Shown here piece by piece: positions 28,701 through 36,170 of a DNA stretch of 64,000 bases. Numbering within the stretch: position 1 is the stretch's first letter; the number at the start of each line of letters is the position of its first letter. The position numbers were made by a program, and so were the translations under genes. The notes under the pieces are model-generated. The model did not search any database, was not told the DNA's origin, and saw nothing but the letters and a program-made list of their open reading frames with translations. Source of the DNA: a virus; IMG/VR virus record IMGVR_UViG_3300031519_004372, positions 71,782-135,781 of that record. One strand, 5' to 3'.

Positions 28701-31700
28701 TATGGTCCACTATTAACGGTTGTTACAAACGGAACATCGTATAGTGTAAATATTACTTCCGCAGGTCAAGACTTTCAGGTTGGAGAAACTATTACTATTC
28801 CTGGAGCATTGTTGGGCGGAACAACCCCAACAAATAATTGTAATATTACTATCCAGTCAACAGTTAGTAATGGTCAGTTAGCTGGTTTATCGCCAGCTGG
28901 ATTGGCTGTTAACAGTAAGTCTTTTACAAGTCAAGCAGGCTCTAATTTAATTGGATCTGGATTTGTTGCAAATCTTTCATCAGCAAGTGGGTCATATTCT
29001 ATAGATTTTCAAGATGCAAGTGATTTAGGAGGTTCTAACTACGGCTTAGGCCAGACTTTTATTATTCCTGGAAACGAACTTGCAGGGAACGCCTATCCTG
29101 CTACAATAACAATTACCGGAGTTACTGACGATGACTCAACATCATCTGGTGAAATAACATCAGTAACAATAGCAGGAACAGCATCAGATGGTACTGGTAC
29201 ATATAATAGTTTAGAAACATCAAATTCACAATCATCAGGTTCAGGAGCATCATTTAACCTAACTAGAGACTCTCAAGACAGCTCGGGTATATATGAGAGT
29301 TTTTCACTTGCAGGCTCACCGAGTGGATATATAACTGGCGACAAAGTTACTATACCTGGAACACAACTTGGTGGAACAACTCCTGCTAACGATTTAACTC
29401 TTATATCAAATGGAACAAATTTTAGTAGTATTGGATTTGTAAGCGGAACCCCAGTACAAGCATCAGTACTTAATTTAGTTTGCACATTTTCAATGACTGA
29501 GGCAACTACATCAGTCCTTGCTCCTGGCACCACTGTAACGTTTGAAGCTTTAGCAACACTAGAAATAGTCTTTCCTAATGCCCACGGCCTAGTTCCCGGA
29601 AGTAGCTTTATTGTTACACAGCAATCAGACGATGGTTCAAATAATCACAATTTAGCTGCAGGGTCGTTTATTGCTACTGATATTCCGGCTACTAATAGTT
29701 TAAGATATCAAGCTCGTGCTGCAGGCGCAATTGATGTTAGTTCAACTCAAATTATTGGTGTTGTTTATCCAAGACCGGATAGTTTCTTTATACACAGGCC
29801 ATTTGATGGCGGCGTACAATTAGGCACAGGCGGGCCGCAACACGGAGCACAGGCAATACGTCAAAGTAAAAAGTATATTAGATATCAGTCTGGTAAAGGT
29901 ATTATGTACACAACTGGTGCATTACTTGCACCAAGTTATGACTTACAAAGTGTAACAGCAGATGGTGTTGAACTTAATTCATTAATTACTGTTGTAACAG
30001 ATGATAACGATCACGGATGTCAAATTGGTGGCGTAGTACGTTTAATTGGTATACAAACTGCAGGCTATAATAGTGGCCCAGGAAATAGTACACCACCAGA
30101 TTTTGATTATGAAGTAGTTGATATTGTAGATGAAAGAACATTTAAAATTCGTTCCAAACGTAGACTCGGTAGTACAACTGCTGATTTAGGATTTAATTCT
30201 CAAATGAGTGTTGTTAGTTGGCACGGTGCAACTGTTAGAGCTGGAGTATTTGATGACCAAAACGGAATTTTTTGGGAATATGACGGAACAAATGTTAACG
30301 TAGTTCAGCGTACTGGTACATTCCAATTAGCTGGCACAATTGCAGTGCAAGCAGATGCTAACCTAATTACAGGTACTAATACAAAATTTACTAAACAGTT
30401 AAAATCGGGCGATAGAGTTATTATCAAAGGAATGACTCACGTTGTTACTAATGTTACTAGTGATACTGGTATTACAGTTACCCCAGACTTTAGAGGTGTA
30501 AACGATGTAACTGGTGCAAAGATGATGTATATAACAGATAAAAAAGTTAAACAATCAAACTTTAACTTAGATCGACTAGACGGTACGGGTAAATCAGGTT
30601 ATGACATGGACCCAGCAAAGATGCAAATGATTGGAATTCAGTACAGTTGGTACGGTGCTGGATTTATTGATTTTATGGTACGTGGTGCAGACGGAAACTT
30701 TGTATACGCACACAGAATGCGTAATTCAAACGTAAATACAGAAGCATTTATGCGTTCAGGTAACTTGCCTGTTCGTTACGAAATTACAAATGAAGGACCT
30801 CCAGGTCAATTAGTATCAGCAATTAATTCATCACAAACTACTCTTCCTTTAGTTGATAGTAGTTTCTTTCCAACAAACGGAACAGTTTATATTGATAACG
30901 AAATTATCACGTTTGCTGGAAATAATAAAGTAACAAATACGTTAACTGGTGCAGTTAGGGCAGCAACATTTACAAACTATCAAGCAGGCGCAAATAGAAG
31001 TTATACTGCTGGTGTAGCATCATCTCACGTTATTAAAACAGGAGTAGTTTTAATATCAAGTACAATTACTCCGTTGATTAGTCATTGGGGATCTGCATTC
31101 TTAACAGACGGTGGATTTGATGAAGATAGAGGTTATATTTTCTCATACGCTGAAACAAACGTTTCGGTTAGTACTACAAAACAAACAGCATTTTTACTTA
31201 GATTAGCACCAAGTGTATCAAATGCAATCATTGGAGATTTAGGAGAAAGAGAACTATTAAACCGTGCTCAGCTACTACTTCAAGGACTTGAAATTACATC
31301 AGAATCAGGCGCAGGAGGTATTATTGTTGAAGGTGTGCTAAATCCGCAAAACTATCCAATTAACCCAGTTGATATTGCTTGGTCAGGATTATCAGGACTA
31401 GCACAAGGTGGACAACCTAGCTTTGCTCAAATAGCATCTGGAACATCAGTTGCTTGGAGTTCAGGAGAAGTTCCTGTTACTACAACTGCAACTGCTCTTC
31501 CTACAACTACTGCGGTACTAGATAGTGGGATTTATGGTGTAGGTAATAACAATCGCTATATATTTGTTAATAGTAGTGATTTTAGAACTACATTTGGATC
31601 TAACAATGTTAATGAAGTAGTAGGTAAAGTTATATCAGGTACTAACATTCCAACTGGTACAACAATTACTAGCGGCTATATGCCAAGTAGTGGAACATAT

Positions 31701-32240
31701 GGATACTTTTATATAAGCCAAAGAACATCTGGCAGTATTAGTGCAAACTCAACGAATCATTTTACTATTACACTAAATCCTGAATCAGTTAATTCAAACA
31801 AGGCGTTATTTGATACAACAACATGGCTAGCATCAGGCGCTAGAAACGGCACTGATACTACTGGTGGCAGTGTAACTTGGCCAGCTAACTCAGCTGTTGG
31901 CTTGATATCATTAAAGAGTTGGGCCGGAACTAGTTATTATGAAGTAACATTTAACAATGCGTTTACAGGAACACTTGCTAACGGTTCTGGAACAGTGCAA
32001 TTTACATTCCAACAACCGCCGTACGCTCAACCAGGAGAAACTGTGTTTTCATTCATTGCTGTACCTGGCGAACGTTCAACACTTGATCTTAGTGAATTGA
32101 AAGAAATTACAAATACTCCATTAGGAGGAAGAGGAACATTTCCAAATGGTCCTGATGTGTTGGCTATTAATGTGTATAAGATTTCGGGTGCTACACTTAC
32201 TTCTAATATTTTGCTTAAATGGGGTGAAGCTCAGGCTTAA
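25797..32240 (+). CDS. Giant virion structural protein with repeated beta-sandwich units
   Basis: 2147 aa, T/G/S-rich; about six repeats of G.GY..GD.I.IPG..LGG.TP.NDL.I.V. Confidence 0.7.
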   Translation: MAKKQIKDYIFKPGISALAYVYPDAYSLLSQNKSYLQAEATAWIAAQVAAGASGFVGYTFNESKCQRDLGYIIDAYLSDLRYGGNQEIRRVVGYYWDQTTAQVDGDRQPEIQTHTEIRNIINNYILTNTAHTSLQSTVAQVIDGTKTAETSSSFTATDGTYVPTTGNMTITIGSHSLTVGTELFIAPAGITFTCALDGNATLHPYPRASGVPNNTGKDPFYYAPITISAVTSTTVTINVGISSDTTLHTFSSAVTDSISAGPINKISTLAFNVTDVITTGLTALPTLVETGVSTIKIQGRYETNELLLFTNTTRNELIYNFSTVDLGGTISQKLHGEDTDFSKYLQTTDAVTTITLVKDTSTHLSTDDIQIFVEDEFIRTKPYDFGVDAIERQRVAAPLAMLDADFEYGLQPTKWSAIGTLRGYPSVYEVPGTDSQVLNIITDASAGTDGVGQSLITVTTLSPHGFLEGDPFTLKALENSIAGAARAEGSFVISSVPTTTSFNYYAKSKVGTVSGQVLVTTYSQLRKAGFYTGASIGSPESGVAIQSFTVLTQGTSGTLTSELSTPIGSTLVPFDGVSPEIGAPLVGSGIPTGSQVTGVIDQSAGGGSYLTPVLSVDVPSGSTSMTVVDGTGILEDLALDDGSGTAIFVESVVGNVITLSAPTTQPYVGNTVLYSGVTGTNVSSTGSGLRSTIDSDGTDFTVNVITAPGSGYSVGDNVKISGINLGGTTPTNDLLLRVTTINLGGGATALAVVSGTPFDGVASYTGLAPTTTGGAGTGATWDIAFTDNSFASITLASGAVPTGYVVNDRIQFLGSTFNGLGFAGAVDGTHDLIVTVTAVNGTGAPTSTSQTGTAPDANNQYVINDDSTEMVMSAAGSHLTFSNTAAADALRTAGDYLGVTGTSGGSGTVGTFDITVNASGAATNIQRTYDIGSGHTIGDTITIADSALGNGGAANLTFDVATIGTGTGYGPLLTVVTNGTSYSVNITSAGQDFQVGETITIPGALLGGTTPTNNCNITIQSTVSNGQLAGLSPAGLAVNSKSFTSQAGSNLIGSGFVANLSSASGSYSIDFQDASDLGGSNYGLGQTFIIPGNELAGNAYPATITITGVTDDDSTSSGEITSVTIAGTASDGTGTYNSLETSNSQSSGSGASFNLTRDSQDSSGIYESFSLAGSPSGYITGDKVTIPGTQLGGTTPANDLTLISNGTNFSSIGFVSGTPVQASVLNLVCTFSMTEATTSVLAPGTTVTFEALATLEIVFPNAHGLVPGSSFIVTQQSDDGSNNHNLAAGSFIATDIPATNSLRYQARAAGAIDVSSTQIIGVVYPRPDSFFIHRPFDGGVQLGTGGPQHGAQAIRQSKKYIRYQSGKGIMYTTGALLAPSYDLQSVTADGVELNSLITVVTDDNDHGCQIGGVVRLIGIQTAGYNSGPGNSTPPDFDYEVVDIVDERTFKIRSKRRLGSTTADLGFNSQMSVVSWHGATVRAGVFDDQNGIFWEYDGTNVNVVQRTGTFQLAGTIAVQADANLITGTNTKFTKQLKSGDRVIIKGMTHVVTNVTSDTGITVTPDFRGVNDVTGAKMMYITDKKVKQSNFNLDRLDGTGKSGYDMDPAKMQMIGIQYSWYGAGFIDFMVRGADGNFVYAHRMRNSNVNTEAFMRSGNLPVRYEITNEGPPGQLVSAINSSQTTLPLVDSSFFPTNGTVYIDNEIITFAGNNKVTNTLTGAVRAATFTNYQAGANRSYTAGVASSHVIKTGVVLISSTITPLISHWGSAFLTDGGFDEDRGYIFSYAETNVSVSTTKQTAFLLRLAPSVSNAIIGDLGERELLNRAQLLLQGLEITSESGAGGIIVEGVLNPQNYPINPVDIAWSGLSGLAQGGQPSFAQIASGTSVAWSSGEVPVTTTATALPTTTAVLDSGIYGVGNNNRYIFVNSSDFRTTFGSNNVNEVVGKVISGTNIPTGTTITSGYMPSSGTYGYFYISQRTSGSISANSTNHFTITLNPESVNSNKALFDTTTWLASGARNGTDTTGGSVTWPANSAVGLISLKSWAGTSYYEVTFNNAFTGTLANGSGTVQFTFQQPPYAQPGETVFSFIAVPGERSTLDLSELKEITNTPLGGRGTFPNGPDVLAINVYKISGATLTSNILLKWGEAQA

Positions 32241-32867
32241 TTACATTTCCAAAGATTTTACAAAAGCACTTAGATCATCAAATATTTTTGTTTTGGCTTT
32301 TATCTTTTTGTATGTAAATCTTTTTAGTAATTTTTCAGTTTCTTCTCCGTAACCTGTTCTGACTAGGATAGGAGTTGCACCTATTTTTATAGCTACTTTT
32401 AAATCAGATATTCTATCACCAACATAATATCCTGTTGAGAATTTGATACCAGGGTGTTCTTTTTCACAGCGTTTAAACATGCCAGTATTAGGTTTAGCAT
32501 ACATATCGTCTTTTCTACTACTTTCACTAAAATATAATGCTTCGATACTTGCACAACCTGCTTTCCCTAATAATTCAAACATTCTTTGATGTACTAGCTT
32601 AACATCATCTTCTGTCATTATACCTTTTTCGATGCCGCCTTGATTAGTTATAATAACAACTTGGTATTGATGTATTTTTAATGATGTAATTGCTTCTAAG
32701 CTACCTGGAATAGGTTCAAAGTCTTCAGGTTTAGTTACATATGTTCCTAGGTCTTTATTAATAGTACCGTCACGATCTAACCCAATTACTATTTTAGAAT
32801 TCTTTTCAGCTTGGTTAATTAATTTAGGTATATCTGATGACCACCTAATTATTGGCTCATTGGTCAT
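32241..32867 (-). CDS. gmhB: D-glycero-D-manno-heptose-1,7-bisphosphate phosphatase (HAD family)
   Basis: GLDRDGTIN, ITNQGGI, KPNTGMF, YYVGDRISDL motifs; start moved from 32945 to ATG 32867, which overlaps the cupin stop codon. Confidence 0.85.
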   Translation of the reverse strand: MTNEPIIRWSSDIPKLINQAEKNSKIVIGLDRDGTINKDLGTYVTKPEDFEPIPGSLEAITSLKIHQYQVVIITNQGGIEKGIMTEDDVKLVHQRMFELLGKAGCASIEALYFSESSRKDDMYAKPNTGMFKRCEKEHPGIKFSTGYYVGDRISDLKVAIKIGATPILVRTGYGEETEKLLKRFTYKKIKAKTKIFDDLSAFVKSLEM

Positions 32868-33240
32868 TTTGACTATCTCCTGGGGCAATTCTATAATTAT
32901 CTTCGACACTATCAGGAGTACTAACTTCAGTAATACTACTACCATCTTCTAGTGCTTCAATTTGATGCGGCTGCAAAGGAGGATTGTGCCATGTTTGTCC
33001 TTCGCATAATTCTTGTTCATGATGCGTAGCATCGTTAGTATTAATCCACCTTACAATAAATTTACCGTTGTTTACAAACCAAGTTTCGTCTTTTTCTCTA
33101 TGAAAGTGCATACTAAACTTGTTTCCAGTTTTTTCAAACACCATAATTTTACCACAGTATTTTTCGTTAGTTGCCCAGATAAGTTCATAACCCCATCCTT
33201 TTTGTACAACTCCGCTTAACCGTTCAATTTTATTTGTCAT
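32857..33240 (-). CDS. Cupin-fold sugar(-phosphate) isomerase-like protein
   Basis: 127 aa; KGWGYE, YCGKIM, FSMHFHREKDETW, PHQIEA, EVSTPD cupin metal-binding motifs. Confidence 0.75.
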   Translation of the reverse strand: MTNKIERLSGVVQKGWGYELIWATNEKYCGKIMVFEKTGNKFSMHFHREKDETWFVNNGKFIVRWINTNDATHHEQELCEGQTWHNPPLQPHQIEALEDGSSITEVSTPDSVEDNYRIAPGDSQNDQ

Positions 33241-33751
33241 GTTTTGTTTCCCATTTAATCATTAATTCTTTAATTACTGTTGAATACAGCTGATGCTCTA
33301 GGCGTTGAATACGAGTGCTTAACGAGGTGTAATCATCACCATTAAAAACTCCACAACTTAACTGAGCAATGATTCTACCTGTGTCCATACCTTCGTCCGC
33401 CCAATGTACAGTACAGCCAGTAACTTTAACACCGGCATCTAATGCTTGTCCTATTGCATTAGCACCAGGGAAACTTGGTAGCAGACTAGGATGAATATTT
33501 ATAACTTTAAACTTGCTAACAAATTCTTTACTCAGCAATCGCATAAATCCAGCTAATATTACTAATTTAGTATTTTTAGGAACTTGACTCTCATAGTTAG
33601 CTGTACTTACAATGCATTTAACACCTAACTTTCTAGCTAAATTGCTAATACCTGCATTTTCTTTATTAGTTATTACTAAGTCAACTTTAATACCATCTTC
33701 TATAATAGCTTTAAAATTTGTACCTGTTCCACTAGCCATTAAGACTATCAT
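33230..33751 (-). CDS. purN: Phosphoribosylglycinamide formyltransferase
   Basis: 173 aa; ASGTGTNF, ILAGFMRLL, INIHPSLLPSFPG, GCTVHWADEGMDTGRII. Confidence 0.88.
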   Translation of the reverse strand: MIVLMASGTGTNFKAIIEDGIKVDLVITNKENAGISNLARKLGVKCIVSTANYESQVPKNTKLVILAGFMRLLSKEFVSKFKVINIHPSLLPSFPGANAIGQALDAGVKVTGCTVHWADEGMDTGRIIAQLSCGVFNGDDYTSLSTRIQRLEHQLYSTVIKELMIKWETKHDK

Positions 33752-34559
33752 TAATATAATCCTCTATATTAGTCCAATCATGATAACACACAGAATTTAA
33801 CTTAGATAAATCTGCACTAGTAAATTTTTGGTATTGTAACTTTATGTTTTCTGGCATTGGTATGTATTGTATACCAGCACTGTGCCTGTTAGCAATAGTT
33901 TCTGCTACAGTTTGAAAACTTACAGGATTGCCTGTGCCTACGTTAAATATACCCGATTGATCCACATCAAACATTTTTTCGTGTAGCTTGCATATATCAT
34001 CTACACATACAAAGTCTCTAAGATATTTGTCACTATCCTCAAATAGTGTAATCACTTTATCTTCTTTTGCTTGTTTAGTAAACTTAGTATACGGACTTGC
34101 TTGATCACCTTTGTCCTCTTCACCTTTGCCGTAAACATTAAAGTATCGAAAGCCTTGTATCTTAATGTTAAATTCGTCTATATATTGATTCATAAACCTG
34201 TCAAACAAATATTTTGACCACGCATAAGGGCTTTGTGGTAATAACGGTCCGTCTTCGGTAAAGTGTGTAGTAGAGCCGTAAACACTTGCACTAGATGCAT
34301 ATTGAAAGTTAGTACCAAAGTTTTCGCATACTTGTGCAAGACGCACACTAAATTCAAAGTTCTGTTCTAGTATTTGATTTACGTCAGTGTAAGTAGTTGA
34401 ACTAATAGCCCCTAAGTGTATGCACCAATCATAACCTTCTGTATGTGGAACTATGCCAGGTTCCCACTCCCATCCTTCTACTTCGTGACCTTGCTGCTGT
34501 AAATAACTTGCAACATTCTTACCAATAAAGCCTTTGTGTCCCGTAACTAATATTTTCAT
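33732..34559 (-). CDS. hldD: ADP-L-glycero-D-manno-heptose 6-epimerase (extended SDR)
   Basis: 275 aa; TGHKGFIG, YASSASVYG, YAWSK, FRYFNVYG..E..KG.QAS, RDFV.VDD, YQ.FT.ADL. Confidence 0.85.
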   Translation of the reverse strand: MKILVTGHKGFIGKNVASYLQQQGHEVEGWEWEPGIVPHTEGYDWCIHLGAISSTTYTDVNQILEQNFEFSVRLAQVCENFGTNFQYASSASVYGSTTHFTEDGPLLPQSPYAWSKYLFDRFMNQYIDEFNIKIQGFRYFNVYGKGEEDKGDQASPYTKFTKQAKEDKVITLFEDSDKYLRDFVCVDDICKLHEKMFDVDQSGIFNVGTGNPVSFQTVAETIANRHSAGIQYIPMPENIKLQYQKFTSADLSKLNSVCYHDWTNIEDYINDSLNG

Positions 34560-35695
34560 TTGCTTGCCTCTATAATCTGTGTTGTTGAATAACCTTCAAC
34601 TGTAGGTACAAGATGCACATCAGCCAAATCATGACCTACAACTTGTTCTACTGTGTAATCACCGCCTTTTACAATAACGTGCGGAACTACCTCTTTAATT
34701 AATCTGTACGGAGTGTCTTCATCAAACACAATTACTTCGTCTACCCACGGTAATAATTCTAATTGACTTTTACGTTTGTTTACATTATTAATAGGACGCT
34801 TAGGACCTTTAAACCGTCTAACACTTTCATCTGAATTTATACCTACTATCAGTTTTCCACCCAGTGATTTTGCTTCAGCTAGTAGTTCAAAGTGACCCGT
34901 GTGTAGTATATCAAAGCATCCGTTAGTAAACACTATGCGTTCTTCAAGATCGCTTACAGTAAGCGTGTGTGTGCCTACGTGTGTGACTGCCTCAGTAGAC
35001 CCTTTTACTGCTAGTTGTAAACACTTTTCATAAGTATATTCTTTTGTAAGTCCATATACAAATGCCGCCAAAAAACAGTCGCCTGCGCCAGTAACATCTG
35101 ATACTTCAACTTGTTCTACAGGAATTGTATATTCGATATTGTCTATTGTAGCACTTACACTGTGACCTGCATCTGTAGTAATAATATTACCTTGCCATTC
35201 GTCAAACTCAAACTTAGTATATTCATTGTTGTTAGGCTTCACTAACCACGCACCTTCATAATTATATGCATAACGTTTAGGGTCTACAATTACTTTAGGT
35301 CCTTGACTATTAATATGTGCAATAATTTGTTTTGCATTGTCTAATACACCTTTATCATAGTCACTAAGTATTACATAATCCCATTGTGAAAAATCATTCT
35401 TTAGTACATTTGTTAGTATATCATTAGAGTCTGCATCTTTATCATCGTCAATTCGTGTAATATAATGTCCGTCACAAATTACTCTAGTTTTAATGCTACT
35501 AGGCTGTTTGGTTTCAAATAGTGTTACATCAACACCTAAACTTTTTAAGTTTTCATAAACAAGCCCGGCTCCACCAAGTGATTGAACTTCACGCAAGTAC
35601 TTGACTACAGGTACAGGAGCCTCAGGACTTAACCGTTCAGAAGTGCCGTAGATATATTTGTCGATTATTATATCGCCGATAACTAATACTTTCAT
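34556..35695 (-). CDS. hldE: Bifunctional heptose-7-phosphate kinase / heptose-1-phosphate nucleotidyltransferase
   Basis: 379 aa; GD.I.D.Y..G..ERLSPEAPVPV, LSDYDKG, DVTGAGD (PfkB kinase) followed by FTNGCFDILHTGH, INSDESV...KG..RP, KGGDY, GYSTT. Confidence 0.92.
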   Translation of the reverse strand: MKVLVIGDIIIDKYIYGTSERLSPEAPVPVVKYLREVQSLGGAGLVYENLKSLGVDVTLFETKQPSSIKTRVICDGHYITRIDDDKDADSNDILTNVLKNDFSQWDYVILSDYDKGVLDNAKQIIAHINSQGPKVIVDPKRYAYNYEGAWLVKPNNNEYTKFEFDEWQGNIITTDAGHSVSATIDNIEYTIPVEQVEVSDVTGAGDCFLAAFVYGLTKEYTYEKCLQLAVKGSTEAVTHVGTHTLTVSDLEERIVFTNGCFDILHTGHFELLAEAKSLGGKLIVGINSDESVRRFKGPKRPINNVNKRKSQLELLPWVDEVIVFDEDTPYRLIKEVVPHVIVKGGDYTVEQVVGHDLADVHLVPTVEGYSTTQIIEASK

Positions 35696-35701
35696 ATTGT
35701 T

Positions 35702-35730
35702 ATTATACTACCTTTTAGGTTAATTGTCAA
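35702..35730 (-). promoter_or_regulatory. Consensus sigma70 promoter of the heptose operon
   Basis: TTGACA (35730-35725), 17-nt spacer, TATAAT (35707-35702); only 6 nt before the hldE ATG. Confidence 0.85.
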
Positions 35731-36157
35731 GAAGATTTATTGTTTTAAATACAGTTTCTAATTTATTAAGATTTATTTTGCTTTGAAGAGTATTACGTAG
35801 TCCAAGGTGTAGCGGCTTTGGCCATTTTCCAAAACTGCACCAGGCATAACCACTATGTTCATGATTTAACGTTGGAATAAATTCTTCATCAATTACACAA
35901 AGATATGTATGAAATTGAAAATGTTGATCGTTAGATACAAACGATTCTAAAGGCAACGTTTTTTTAATTGTAGGAAGTTGTCCGATTTCTTCTTGAATTT
36001 CTCGTTGGAGGCCCTCCCAAGGAGTTTCTATTCCTTCGTTAGTGCCACCCACTAATCCCCATAAGTCGGCCTTTTTGCCATTTGCTCTTAGCAAAAATAA
36101 AAATCTATTTGTATTAAGTGTGTAGAAAAGAGCTCCACTGCAAACAATATTGTTCAT
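35720..36157 (-). CDS. Nudix hydrolase
   Basis: 145 aa; Nudix box WGLVGGTNEGIETPWEGLQREIQEEIG. Confidence 0.85.
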   Translation of the reverse strand: MNNIVCSGALFYTLNTNRFLFLLRANGKKADLWGLVGGTNEGIETPWEGLQREIQEEIGQLPTIKKTLPLESFVSNDQHFQFHTYLCVIDEEFIPTLNHEHSGYAWCSFGKWPKPLHLGLRNTLQSKINLNKLETVFKTINLLDN

Positions 36158-36170
36158 ACAAATAATTATC

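Noticed and set aside
32241-35730. Heptose operon as host chromosomal LPS DNA or a chimeric assembly
   Set aside because: It is flush with phage genes on both sides (0-nt gap at 32240/32241; promoter overlaps the Nudix stop), with similar base composition and no integration signature
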